A stretch of 64,000 bases of DNA from an uncultured Clostridia bacterium (GTDB lineage Bacteria > Bacillota > Clostridia > Peptostreptococcales > Acidaminobacteraceae). The number at the start of each line of letters is the position of its first letter. The stretch's first letter is position 1. Below are positions 9,166 to 19,151 of this stretch, one piece after another. A program made the position numbers and the translations under genes. The stretch is taken from NCBI GenBank assembly GCA_942492225.1, contig CALODS010000022.1, forward strand, positions 39,727-103,726. The letters run 5' to 3'. The notes below the pieces were generated by a model. The model made no database searches, was not told where the DNA came from, and was given only the letters and a program-made list of their open reading frames with translations.

Positions 9166-10440
9166 ATGATGTCGTTATTAGAATTAAATAAAATTGGTAG
9201 TGTTGTTCGATTTGCACAAGATGATTTCATTGTTAGTGAAGGAGAATCAGGCGACTGTATGTACATTATTCTAGATGGACAAGCAGATGTCTATTTGAGT
9301 TCGTTTGATGATTTACCGATAAAAGTACATGAAATAAAGAAAGGTGATTTTTTTGGTGAAATGGCACTTCTTGAAAGTATGCCAAGAAGTGCGACGATTA
9401 TTGCAGCTCAAAATACAGTTGCAATAAAAATAGATCAATCCAATTTTCAAACCTTATTAGAGAATCGATCTGATATTGTAATGAGAATGCTACGTACACT
9501 TAGTGCGCGGCTAAGAAAAACGAATGAGGAATTACTTGTAGTGAAATCTGGGCATTATGAAATGAATAATAAAACAGTAGATTTGACTAATTGCTTTGAG
9601 GAACACTCTTGTGAAGAACTGCCTATTGAAGAATGTTCCCCTAAAGAAGGTGGTTTATATCAATTTGATCCAGATTCAGATGAGAATATACAAGTACTTG
9701 ATTTGTTACCAGATAATCATAGTGCCTATAAACTGAAATTATATCAAGAAGATTATAGTGAAAACATTTTGGAAAAAGAGGTAATTTGCCCCCTTTGCCA
9801 AAATGAATTCAAGGTGGATTTAATTAGAACATCGAAATTGATGATGCAAAAACAAGAGCCTTTGTTTAGAAAAAAATATTCAAATATGAATGCCTTAGCA
9901 AGCAATATCTGGACATGTCCGCACTGTTATTATTCTCAGTATTTTTACAATTTTCATGTGATTCCAGTTTACAAAAAAGAACCACTAAAAGAATTACTAA
10001 GACGTATAAAGCCTTCAATACAAGTTCATAATAATCAATTAGATGATATAAACATTATTTTTGTGAAGTATTTCCTCGCTGCATTTATTGAAGAAAATAC
10101 ACGAGGAATAAATATGATTAATATGGGTAAGTTTTGGTTGAATCTCTATTGGTTATATTCTGATGTGAATGATAAAAATATGTCCAAAATGGCATTGGAA
10201 AAAGCACATCACTATTATAAAGAGGCCTACTATAATTCAAGATTAAGACTATCTGATGAAGAAGAACTCCGCTTGGGTGTTCTTGTGGCAGAATTATTTA
10301 CTTTAAATAATGAGTTGAAAAATGCGTATAATTTATTAGCCAAATTGATTGTCAACAAAAAAATGCCATCACAGTTAAAACAATATGCATCCAATTTGAT
10401 GTATGAAACTAAATTATCAATTAAAGCAACTCAAGCATAA
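9166..10440 (+). CDS. Cyclic-nucleotide-binding domain protein fused to a DUF2225-like zinc-ribbon/helical domain
   Basis: 424 aa. The N-terminal cNMP fold shows FGEMALL...PRSATIIA. The middle has a zinc ribbon, CPLCQNEF...CPHCYYS, followed by a TPR-like helical tail. There is a 9-nt gap after selD. SD GTAGGTG. Confidence 0.75.
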   Translation: MMSLLELNKIGSVVRFAQDDFIVSEGESGDCMYIILDGQADVYLSSFDDLPIKVHEIKKGDFFGEMALLESMPRSATIIAAQNTVAIKIDQSNFQTLLENRSDIVMRMLRTLSARLRKTNEELLVVKSGHYEMNNKTVDLTNCFEEHSCEELPIEECSPKEGGLYQFDPDSDENIQVLDLLPDNHSAYKLKLYQEDYSENILEKEVICPLCQNEFKVDLIRTSKLMMQKQEPLFRKKYSNMNALASNIWTCPHCYYSQYFYNFHVIPVYKKEPLKELLRRIKPSIQVHNNQLDDINIIFVKYFLAAFIEENTRGINMINMGKFWLNLYWLYSDVNDKNMSKMALEKAHHYYKEAYYNSRLRLSDEEELRLGVLVAELFTLNNELKNAYNLLAKLIVNKKMPSQLKQYASNLMYETKLSIKATQA

Positions 10441-10447
10441 ATAAAAA

Positions 10448-10480
10448 CTCTGGTTAATTTTGTTTAACCAGAGTTTTTTT
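10448..10480 (+). terminator. Intrinsic terminator ending the selD-cNMP/DUF2225 unit
   Basis: Stem CTCTGGTTAA (10448-10457) / TTAACCAGAG (10464-10473), followed by T7. Confidence 0.85.
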
Positions 10481-10546
10481 CTGTAATAATCTATTAATTG
10501 TGTAAAATATTAAGTGATGGGGTAATTATATACTGGATGTGATGTG

Positions 10547-12754
10547 ATGAAAAAATACAGCAGTAAAACACTTATTGTTATGATGATTAGCTCGGTTATT
10601 GTCATTTTATTTTCTTTAATACTGGTCTATTATAAGACTAAGGACAATATGATGGGTATTCTTAATAAAGGTTATGATTCTATGGTTACTCAACTTAGTA
10701 ATGAATATACTGAGTTGTTTGATGATAGTATTTTTGTTGTTGATTTAATGGAAAATTGTATTGAAACAAATTTTCGGTTTGAATTTTATAACCAAGATAC
10801 ATATCATATAGAAGCGATAAAAGAAAAAATGGCCTTAGTCATGACAACAATCGTTGAAGGAAAAAATTTTTCATCACTCTATGTATATTTCAATCCAAAT
10901 CTAACGCAACGTCCAAATGATATTTGTCTTGAAGACGAAAGGCTTACAGGAGAATACAAACGGTTGACAGAAAGACCGATTAATTATTTTGATGAGTACA
11001 CACCGGACAAAGCGTGGTATTACAAAACACTAAATTCTGAAGAAGGGTTATGGATTACACCGCATTATAATTCTAACGTTGAGAGTGAGCAATTATATTT
11101 TTCTTATAACAAAGCAGTATATAAAGACAATCTATTAATAGCAATTGTTGGCGTCGAGCTTAGTAATGGAAATTTGGAAAAAATAACACAAATGAATAAA
11201 AATAACTATGCATCGCACACTTGGATTGCAGACACAACAGACAGATTTGTGTATCATCCACTGGATATTGGCTATCAGCGTTATGTTGATTATTATGGAT
11301 ATATTGATACCAGTGGATTAAATATAGGTGATATACGTCATGCCACTGGTAAAGCGGGAGAAACAATAAAGGTCACTCGTCTCAATAATGATTGGATTGT
11401 TGGTGCAACTTTTTTTAATATAGAAATGAATCAAAAGATGAAAGAAATATTACGCTTGACTATTGCCATCAGTTTTTTAGCAATGATTTTATTAAGTGGA
11501 AGCGCTTTTTTAATATCAAAGAAGATTGCTGATCCATTAAAAAAACTAACGAAGGAAGTTGAACTTATTGAGTCTGGAACTTTTGAAGGTAATATCTCAC
11601 AAAATCTTTTAAATCAAAAAAGTGAAGTGGGTAATTTGGCCGTTTCAATATTTAAAATGGTAGAGGCAAAGAAAAATACATTCAAAGAAGTTGGAAAGCA
11701 ACGAGATGAAATCATTCATCTGTACGAAGAAACTTATGCGATTAATGCAGATTTAGAAAATACACTATTTCAAAAAGAGCAGCTTTATGATGATTTAAAT
11801 ATTATGTTTAAGAAACTTGAAGATGCAAATAAAGAGCTAGAAAATAGGGTGCGTGTGAGGACACTTGAATTAAATGATAACAATAAAGAATTAGAAAGCG
11901 CTTTAAAAGAAAATAAAAAGAACAATAGAGATTTAAGAAAACTAAATAAAGATTTAGAAAAATCTCTAAATGAATTAACGTTGGCACAAGAAAGACTGGT
12001 TGAATCAGAAAAAATGGTTGCACTTGGTAATATGGTCTCTGGCATTGCACATGAGATTAATACACCGCTAGGTGTTTCATTAACAGCGACGTCCTATATA
12101 TTAGATCAATTTGAAGAACTGGATGGTGAATTACTGAATTTATCAGATGAAGCACTCAAAGAATTATTTAAAGAGGTATTAGAAAGCAGTGAAATCGTTT
12201 ATGATTCATTGAAACGGTCTATTCAATTGGTGAGTAGTTTTAAAGAAATCGCCGTCAATCAACATTCGAATGAAAAGTTAGCGTTTGATTTGTTAGATTA
12301 TACCCATACTATTACAAGAAGTTTGAAACATGAATTTAGAGATGTGGTTGAAACTTTTGATATCGATATGCCAAGTGATATAGAGGTCTATAGCTATCCA
12401 GGCGCCTATTTTCAAATCATTACAAATCTCGTTATGAATAGTATCAAGCATGGTTTTGAGGGCGTTTCAAATGGCCATATTAGCATAAGTGCTACAGAGA
12501 AAAAAAATCAAGTGGTGATCATTTATAAAGATGATGGCCTTGGGATTAAGAAAGCAAACCTCAAAAAGATTTTTGAGCCATTCTTTACAACAAAACGCGC
12601 AAATGGAGGAACGGGACTGGGACTGAGCATTGTCTATAATTTGGTCAAAACAACACTTCGTGGTGAAATTAGCTGTACTTCGGAAGAAAATGTTGGGACA
12701 GAGTTTCATATCATAATTCCTAAGAACATAGATAAGGCTGAAATAAGGGAATAA
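10547..12754 (+). CDS. Orphan sensor histidine kinase (N-terminal TM, Cache-like extracytoplasmic domain, second TM, HAMP, long coiled coil, DHp, HATPase)
   Basis: About 735 aa. H-box is GIAHEINTPLG, N-box is ITNLVMNSIKHG, and G-boxes are DDGLGI and GGTGLGLS. A roughly 90-aa K/E/N/L-rich coiled coil lies between HAMP and DHp. There is no adjacent response regulator. Confidence 0.85.
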   Translation: MKKYSSKTLIVMMISSVIVILFSLILVYYKTKDNMMGILNKGYDSMVTQLSNEYTELFDDSIFVVDLMENCIETNFRFEFYNQDTYHIEAIKEKMALVMTTIVEGKNFSSLYVYFNPNLTQRPNDICLEDERLTGEYKRLTERPINYFDEYTPDKAWYYKTLNSEEGLWITPHYNSNVESEQLYFSYNKAVYKDNLLIAIVGVELSNGNLEKITQMNKNNYASHTWIADTTDRFVYHPLDIGYQRYVDYYGYIDTSGLNIGDIRHATGKAGETIKVTRLNNDWIVGATFFNIEMNQKMKEILRLTIAISFLAMILLSGSAFLISKKIADPLKKLTKEVELIESGTFEGNISQNLLNQKSEVGNLAVSIFKMVEAKKNTFKEVGKQRDEIIHLYEETYAINADLENTLFQKEQLYDDLNIMFKKLEDANKELENRVRVRTLELNDNNKELESALKENKKNNRDLRKLNKDLEKSLNELTLAQERLVESEKMVALGNMVSGIAHEINTPLGVSLTATSYILDQFEELDGELLNLSDEALKELFKEVLESSEIVYDSLKRSIQLVSSFKEIAVNQHSNEKLAFDLLDYTHTITRSLKHEFRDVVETFDIDMPSDIEVYSYPGAYFQIITNLVMNSIKHGFEGVSNGHISISATEKKNQVVIIYKDDGLGIKKANLKKIFEPFFTTKRANGGTGLGLSIVYNLVKTTLRGEISCTSEENVGTEFHIIIPKNIDKAEIRE

Positions 12755-12812
12755 TCTTTAATTGACCTGCATAAAATGATATAATATGTTGGAAATAAAA
12801 ATATGGAGAATT

Positions 12813-14237
12813 ATGATGAATAAAACACTTTTAAGAGCATTACCAAAGGTTGATGAATTATTAAATCATGAAGGCTTACACTCACTTGTTGAAAAGTATC
12901 CGAGAGAGACGATTACTGATGCAATAAGAGAAACGATAGAATCATTGCGTCGTGATATTTTAGCAGATACAGAAGACGTTTTAGATGATCATTTCTTGGA
13001 TGTTCAAAGCGTTTTGAATAAAATAAAGTCAAAAGTAGTTCATACAAATAGTTATAAATTGAGAAGGGTTATTAATGGAACTGGCGTTGTTATTCACACG
13101 AATGTTGGACGTTCATGCTTAAGCCATTCTGTGAAAGAACATATCGGCGAAATTGCTTGTTATTATTCGACGTTGGAATTTAATATTGATAATGGCAAGC
13201 GTGGCTCGAGATATAGTCATGTCGAAGAGTTACTTTGTAAATTAACAGGTGCTGAAAGTGCGATTGTCGTTAATAATAATGCGGCGGCAGTGATGTTAAC
13301 TTTGAGTTCAATGTGTAAAAATAAAGAAGTTATTGTATCAAGAGGACAACTGGTAGAAATTGGTGGTTCTTTTAGGATACCTGAGGTTATGAGAGAAAGT
13401 GGTGCACATCTTGTAGAAGTTGGTGCAACCAACAAAACGCATTTGCGTGATTACGAAGAAGCAATCACAGAAGAAACCTCTGCTTTCTTAAAAGTTCATA
13501 CAAGTAACTATCGGATTTTAGGGTTTACACAAGAAATAGAAGCGGCTGACTTGGTTGAATTAGGACGTCAACATAATATTCCGGTTATCGAAGATATAGG
13601 TAGCGGATCATTTGTTGACTTTTCTGCTTATGGATTAATGAAAGAACCAACAGTAAAAGAAGCGGTGTCGGCAGGGATTGACGTGGTTACCTTTAGCGGT
13701 GATAAAATGTTAGGTGGGCCACAAGCGGGAATTATTGTCGGTAAAAAGAAATACATTGATTTGATGAAAAAGAATCAGTTAACTCGGGCTTTAAGAGTAG
13801 ATAAGATGACGTTAAGTGCATTAGAAGGAACATTACTTCATTATTTAGATGAAAAGAACGTTTTTAATGAAATACCAACCTTAAGAATGTTAACGATGAC
13901 TTATGAGGATACGGTAGAACGTGTAGGATGTTTGGAAGCTGTGATTAAATCAAAGAAACTCTCAGGTATCCATTTAACACTATGTGATGATTATTCTGAA
14001 GTTGGTGGTGGAAGTATGCCGCTAGAGAAATTACCATCAAGGGTGATGAAAGTTACAATTGACGGATTTTCACCGAATCAATTAATGGACGCTTTAAGAA
14101 CACTTTCAACACCGATCATAGGGCGTATCTATGAAGATGAAGTTGTATTAGATACACGGACATTATTTGATGATGAGTTAGAACTGGTTGCAACATTATT
14201 AGAAGAATTAGTACAAGATAAATTATGGATAAGGTGA
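12813..14237 (+). CDS. selA: L-seryl-tRNA(Sec) selenium transferase SelA
   Basis: N-terminal LRALPKVDELL, plus NNNAAAV and the PLP-lysine motif FSGDKMLGGPQAG. ATG 12813/12816 sits behind GGAG (12805-12808). The ORF-track start at 12786 overlaps a TATAAT at 12779-12784, so I disfavour it. Confidence 0.9.
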   Translation: MMNKTLLRALPKVDELLNHEGLHSLVEKYPRETITDAIRETIESLRRDILADTEDVLDDHFLDVQSVLNKIKSKVVHTNSYKLRRVINGTGVVIHTNVGRSCLSHSVKEHIGEIACYYSTLEFNIDNGKRGSRYSHVEELLCKLTGAESAIVVNNNAAAVMLTLSSMCKNKEVIVSRGQLVEIGGSFRIPEVMRESGAHLVEVGATNKTHLRDYEEAITEETSAFLKVHTSNYRILGFTQEIEAADLVELGRQHNIPVIEDIGSGSFVDFSAYGLMKEPTVKEAVSAGIDVVTFSGDKMLGGPQAGIIVGKKKYIDLMKKNQLTRALRVDKMTLSALEGTLLHYLDEKNVFNEIPTLRMLTMTYEDTVERVGCLEAVIKSKKLSGIHLTLCDDYSEVGGGSMPLEKLPSRVMKVTIDGFSPNQLMDALRTLSTPIIGRIYEDEVVLDTRTLFDDELELVATLLEELVQDKLWIR

Positions 14238-14241
14238 AAAA

Positions 14242-16137
14242 ATGGCAAATTTTATAATAGGAACTGCAGGTCATATAGACCATGGTAAGACAAGTATTAT
14301 TAAAAGACTAACCGGAATTGAAACAGATCGTTGGGCGGAAGAGAAAAAAAGAGGCATTACCATTGATTTAGGTTTTGCTTATTTTGATTTGCCAAATGGT
14401 CAAAGAGCTGGAATAATTGACGTTCCTGGTCATGAAAAATTTATAAAAAATATGTTAGCAGGTGTGAGTGGTATTGATTTAGTTTTATTTGTTATTTCTG
14501 CAGATGAAGGTATAATGCCACAAACACAAGAACATCTAGATATTTTAAATCTATTAGAACTAGAAAATGGTGTCGTTTTATTAAATAAAGCAGATTTAGT
14601 GGACGAAGAATGGTTAGAAATCATTACAGAAGAAGTTAAAGAAAAATTAGTAGGCACATTTTTAGAAAATGCACCAATCTTACCAGTTTCTGCAATAACA
14701 GGACAAGGGTTTGATAAGCTTACTGAATTGATTCAAGAAGTTTCCACGAAAATAATTCTTGAACAAAGAGAAGGTGCACCAAGAATTCCTGTTGATCGCG
14801 TATTTTCTTCTACTGGATTTGGTACAATTATAACAGGTACATTACTTGATGGTGCATTAAAAGAAGGGGATGACGTTGTCCTTTTCCCAAAAGAAATTGT
14901 AACAAAAGTAAAAAATATACAAGTGCATGGTGAAAAAGTTGATGTTGCACATTCAGGACAGAGAGTTGCGGTTAACTTAGCCAATGTAAAAAAAGAAGAG
15001 ATTCACAGAGGTGATGTCGTCGCATATAAAGAAACCATTAAATCAACACATATGATCGATGGCAAACTAAAGCTTTTGGAAAGTTCGACAAGAGAATTAT
15101 GTAATTGGACAAGACTTAGACTTTACCACGGATCAAAAGAAGTACTTTGTCGATTGGTTTTATTGGATAGAGAAGTATTAAAACCTGGAGAAGAGGCATT
15201 TGTTCAATTTAGATTAGAAGAAAAAACGGCTTGTCGTTTTGGAGATAGATTTATCGTGAGATTTTATTCGCCACTTGAAACGATTGGTGGCGGTCTCATA
15301 TTAGATCCAAATGCTGTAAAGCATAAACGCTTTAAAGATGATATTTTGAAAGATTTAGAAGTGAAAAGTCAAGGAAATCCATCAGCGGTTATTGAAAAAG
15401 CATTAGAGCGACTGTCAATGGAATTCCCATTGGTGAGTGATATTGTAAAACAATCAGGAACTCAGGAAGAGACGGTTATAGAAGTGCTTTCACGCTTAAT
15501 TGATGGGGGATCAGCACACTGTCTAAACGGCAAACATTATATTCACCAAGCTTATGTTGAACAACTTGAAGAAAAAACATTACGTTTGTTGAATGAATAC
15601 CACGAAAAATTCCCAGCACGTTCTGGACTGAAAAAAGATGAATTGAAAAGCAAATTATTGAAAAGTGTCAATAATAAAATTTTTGACAACCTTTTAGCCA
15701 TTCTATTAGCGAGTGACTTGTTTAAGATGGTAGGACAAGTTATTTCATTATCACATTTTAGTATAACCTTGCCTGCAAGAGATCAAAAATTAGCAGATCA
15801 AATAGTAAAATTATATAAAACAATGGGATTCAAACCACCAAACTTACCTGAAGTGTTTGATCAACTAAAATTAGGAAAAAAAGATCAAGAAATTATTAAT
15901 TATCTGTTAGAAAGTAGAATTTTAGTTCGTATTAGTGATACTATATACTTACAAGCAGATGATTACGACGTTGCAAAAGATAGATTAGTAGAATTTCTTA
16001 ATGAAAACAAAGAAATCGCACTTTCGGATTATAGAGATCTGTTAGATACATCTAGAAAAATTGCTGTGGCATTATTAGAACATTTTGATGATATTAAGTT
16101 CACAAAGAGATTAGATAATGCTCGTGTACTATACTAA
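14242..16137 (+). CDS. selB: Selenocysteine-specific translation elongation factor SelB
   Basis: 631 aa. GTPase motifs are GTAGHIDHGKT, DVPGHEKF and NKADL. A long C-terminal winged-helix extension is typical of SelB. The start is 4 nt after the selA stop. Confidence 0.9.
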   Translation: MANFIIGTAGHIDHGKTSIIKRLTGIETDRWAEEKKRGITIDLGFAYFDLPNGQRAGIIDVPGHEKFIKNMLAGVSGIDLVLFVISADEGIMPQTQEHLDILNLLELENGVVLLNKADLVDEEWLEIITEEVKEKLVGTFLENAPILPVSAITGQGFDKLTELIQEVSTKIILEQREGAPRIPVDRVFSSTGFGTIITGTLLDGALKEGDDVVLFPKEIVTKVKNIQVHGEKVDVAHSGQRVAVNLANVKKEEIHRGDVVAYKETIKSTHMIDGKLKLLESSTRELCNWTRLRLYHGSKEVLCRLVLLDREVLKPGEEAFVQFRLEEKTACRFGDRFIVRFYSPLETIGGGLILDPNAVKHKRFKDDILKDLEVKSQGNPSAVIEKALERLSMEFPLVSDIVKQSGTQEETVIEVLSRLIDGGSAHCLNGKHYIHQAYVEQLEEKTLRLLNEYHEKFPARSGLKKDELKSKLLKSVNNKIFDNLLAILLASDLFKMVGQVISLSHFSITLPARDQKLADQIVKLYKTMGFKPPNLPEVFDQLKLGKKDQEIINYLLESRILVRISDTIYLQADDYDVAKDRLVEFLNENKEIALSDYRDLLDTSRKIAVALLEHFDDIKFTKRLDNARVLY

Positions 16138-16153
16138 CTAAGGAGGTATTCTT

Positions 16154-16843
16154 GTGGCAAACAATATTTTAGTTGTTGATGATGAACCAATTCTGTTAAA
16201 AGGATTGAAGTTCAGTTTAGAGCAAGATGATTACAATGTAGATACAGCTACAGATGGAAAAGAAGCATATAACAAAATTTTGGCTAACACGTACGATTTG
16301 ATTGTACTTGATTTAATGTTACCAGAAATAGATGGGTTAGAAGTGTGTCGAATGGTACGTGAAAGTTCAATGATACCAATCATAATTTTAACGGCTAAGG
16401 GTGATGACTCTAGTAAGTTATTGGGCTTAGATTATGGTGCTGATGATTACTTAACAAAACCATTTAATATTTTAGAACTGAAAGCAAGAATTAAAGCTAT
16501 TCTAAGACGTGTTCGTTTCAATGATAAGTTAGCGACCAGTGTCATTACAGTTGGAGAATTTTCAATCAATACACTTGGTCGTAAAGTAACGATTGATACA
16601 AAAGATATCAATCTAACAGCTAAAGAATTTGATTTACTCATGTTATTAGTAATGAATAGAGATAAAGTATATTCAAGAGAAGAATTATTAGAAACCATTT
16701 GGGGCTATGAGTATTTTGGTGATGTAAGAACAGTAGATGTCCACATCAGACGCTTGAGAGAAAAAATTGAAAAGAATTCCTCGCAACCAGAATACATTTT
16801 AACTAAATGGGGAGTTGGTTACTATTTTAAAAATAAATCATAA
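16154..16843 (+). CDS. OmpR/PhoB-family response regulator
   Basis: 229 aa with a GTG start behind AGGAGG. The receiver has DDEP, the phospho-acceptor LDLMLP and TAKG. The C-terminal winged-helix DNA-binding domain shows VDVHIRRLREKIE. Confidence 0.9.
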   Translation: MANNILVVDDEPILLKGLKFSLEQDDYNVDTATDGKEAYNKILANTYDLIVLDLMLPEIDGLEVCRMVRESSMIPIIILTAKGDDSSKLLGLDYGADDYLTKPFNILELKARIKAILRRVRFNDKLATSVITVGEFSINTLGRKVTIDTKDINLTAKEFDLLMLLVMNRDKVYSREELLETIWGYEYFGDVRTVDVHIRRLREKIEKNSSQPEYILTKWGVGYYFKNKS

Positions 16844-18263
16844 ATTTATTAGTATTAGGTGGAAGCTTGTTTCCACCTATTTGCTATTAGTGGTCCTTAC
16901 GCTGACACTAATGCTATCGTTTGTATCAGAATCCTTAAAAATGGATTCGATTTCTGAGATAAAGATACAGATGTTATCTCAAGGAAATATAATAGCTGAC
17001 CAAGTGGAAACATCTTTCACTGGTATCTCTAACGAATATACGTATCAATATATAGAAAATCTTGTAAAACGTCATAGCTTGGATATTAATTCAAGAATTC
17101 TTTTATTAAACAAAGATGGGCTTGTGGTATTAGATACACATGACGATTTAAAAGGGGAAAATTATTTAAAAATTCAAGAAATAAATAGTGCACTTCAAGG
17201 TATCAGCCTATCAGAAATATATAAGGTGTCATCAACAGATGAAAAGATTTTATATACGTCGATTCCTATACTTGATAGGGATGGTGTTATTGGTGCTGTT
17301 TTTATGTCAACACCGGCTGATTCTATATTTAGAAAAATTGATCGTACGCTTCGTAATTTGATGATCTTATCTTTGATTGGATTAGCCATTACGGCGTTTA
17401 TTGGATTTGCATTTGCAGATATCCTATCAAGTCCAATTGAAAATATTACAGAACATGTAAGAGATATAACAAAAGGGGTTCATGATCAACGTATAACGGT
17501 GATTGGCAATGACGAAATAGCTAATTTATGTAATGCCTTTAATTCTATGGCGGCTAAATTAGACCAGGTAGATGATCAACGTAAAATGTTTGTTTCTAAT
17601 GTTTCTCATGAATTAAGAACACCAATGGCTTCTGTCAAAATACTTTGTGAATCACTGCTTGCTAATGATCATTGGGAAGAAGCGATATATAGAGAATTTT
17701 TAACAGATATTAATGATGAAGTGAATCGTTTAAATAATCTTATTGATAGTTTATTGTATCTTGTAAACTTGGAAAAGAAACAGTTAGAATTGACTTATGA
17801 AATAACCTATGTGAACTACTTGGCCTTAAATGTTATTAAACGCTTAAAGCCGTTAGCGCAAAACAAAAATATTGACATTAAATTCCACACAGAAGAAAAA
17901 ATTCAAATGGATGCAGATAGAGAAAAAATTCAACAATGTTTATTTAATATTCTAGGTAATGCCATTAAATATACACCAGAAAATGGTTTCATAAATGTTA
18001 GTTTAAGAAGTGATCGACTTGGAAACGTTATTATTGAAGTTGAGGATACTGGAATTGGTATACCAAAAGATAGGATAGAACACATTTTTGATCGGTTTTA
18101 TCGTGTTGATGAAGCAAGAGCTAGAAAAACTGGTGGTAATGGTTTGGGTCTTTCTATTGCGCAACAAATTATTCATCTTCATCAAGGATTGATTTATGCT
18201 GAAAGTGAGATCAATAAAGGAACTAAATTCACTATTACATTGCCACAAAAAATGATTATCTAG
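16815..18263 (+). CDS. Sensor histidine kinase (two TM, HAMP, HisKA, HATPase), partner of the preceding regulator
   Basis: H-box is SHELRTPM, N-box is NILGNAIKYTP, and G-boxes are DTGIGI and GGNGLGLSIA. The exact start is uncertain: the TTG at 16815 has no properly spaced SD, and the gene overlaps the regulator gene end. Confidence 0.85.
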   Translation: MVTILKINHKFISIRWKLVSTYLLLVVLTLTLMLSFVSESLKMDSISEIKIQMLSQGNIIADQVETSFTGISNEYTYQYIENLVKRHSLDINSRILLLNKDGLVVLDTHDDLKGENYLKIQEINSALQGISLSEIYKVSSTDEKILYTSIPILDRDGVIGAVFMSTPADSIFRKIDRTLRNLMILSLIGLAITAFIGFAFADILSSPIENITEHVRDITKGVHDQRITVIGNDEIANLCNAFNSMAAKLDQVDDQRKMFVSNVSHELRTPMASVKILCESLLANDHWEEAIYREFLTDINDEVNRLNNLIDSLLYLVNLEKKQLELTYEITYVNYLALNVIKRLKPLAQNKNIDIKFHTEEKIQMDADREKIQQCLFNILGNAIKYTPENGFINVSLRSDRLGNVIIEVEDTGIGIPKDRIEHIFDRFYRVDEARARKTGGNGLGLSIAQQIIHLHQGLIYAESEINKGTKFTITLPQKMII

Positions 18264-18272
18264 GAGGTGCCT

Positions 18273-19133
18273 ATGAGATTTAACATAAAATATGTTTATA
18301 TTGTTACTATTTTTATCATTATTATCATGTTAACTTTTTCAAATGGGCTTACACTCAAAGAGCTGGATGATGAGATGACAATTGCACCTCAGACTGATAA
18401 TGTGCGATTACTTGTAAAATTATATTTTGTTGATGATAGAACGTTGAAAGCTGAGGAACGTTATATAGAATTTAATAGTGTCAATTATTCTGAAAAAGTT
18501 GCTGCTGAAATGCGTAAAGGACCTAAAAACAAAATATATGAAGATATTTTTTCAGATGATGTAATGTTGATTAGTGCTGAGGTTATCAATGCGACTTGCT
18601 ATGTTAATTTAAGTGAATCTTTTTTGGAATCACCTTATTGGAAAACGGAAAGTAAAGAGTATTACCTTTGGTCATTGGTTAATACATTTGTAGAATTAGA
18701 TGGTGTTTCAGGTGTACAAATACTCATAGGTGGTAAAAAAATAGATACGATGGTTGCAGATTACATCTTAGTTGACCCATTACCAAGACGTGATGAGTAT
18801 GTTTATGTAAAAAAAATATATCCGTCGGATACAGTTATTCAGTTTGTTGATAATATTAATCAGAATAGATTCGACATTGCTTATGATTTAATGGATTCTA
18901 ATAGTAAAGCATCAATAGATTATAAAGAATTCATGCTGGAAATGGAGGGCTATAAAGCATCCATAAGTGGGTATAAAAGAAATATATATTTTACGCAATC
19001 CTTTACTGATAGTCGTATTGTTTATGTAAAATATGAAAGAAGCGAGTATGCAGATTCTTCACTCCCGCCTTCAAAGTATGAAAATTGGGAAGTTGTCCAA
19101 GAAGATGGGCTATGGAAAGTGAAACTTTATTAA
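18273..19133 (+). CDS. Membrane-anchored GerMN-like domain protein with C-terminal NTF2-like domain (possible accessory protein of the two-component system)
   Basis: ATG 18273 lies 5 nt after AGGAGG. There is an N-terminal TM. The segment VKLYFVDDRTLKAEERYIEF...MRKGPKN resembles GerMN/Germane domains. The call rests on motif resemblance only. Confidence 0.5.
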   Translation: MRFNIKYVYIVTIFIIIIMLTFSNGLTLKELDDEMTIAPQTDNVRLLVKLYFVDDRTLKAEERYIEFNSVNYSEKVAAEMRKGPKNKIYEDIFSDDVMLISAEVINATCYVNLSESFLESPYWKTESKEYYLWSLVNTFVELDGVSGVQILIGGKKIDTMVADYILVDPLPRRDEYVYVKKIYPSDTVIQFVDNINQNRFDIAYDLMDSNSKASIDYKEFMLEMEGYKASISGYKRNIYFTQSFTDSRIVYVKYERSEYADSSLPPSKYENWEVVQEDGLWKVKLY

Positions 19134-19151
19134 GAAACAAGAGGGTGACGC

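Noticed and set aside
12786-12812. 5' extension of selA (MLEIKIWRI...) given by the ORF track
   Set aside because: The ATG at 12786 directly abuts the TATAAT -10 element (12779-12784) and lacks an SD. ATG 12813/12816 has GGAG upstream and gives the usual SelA N-terminus.
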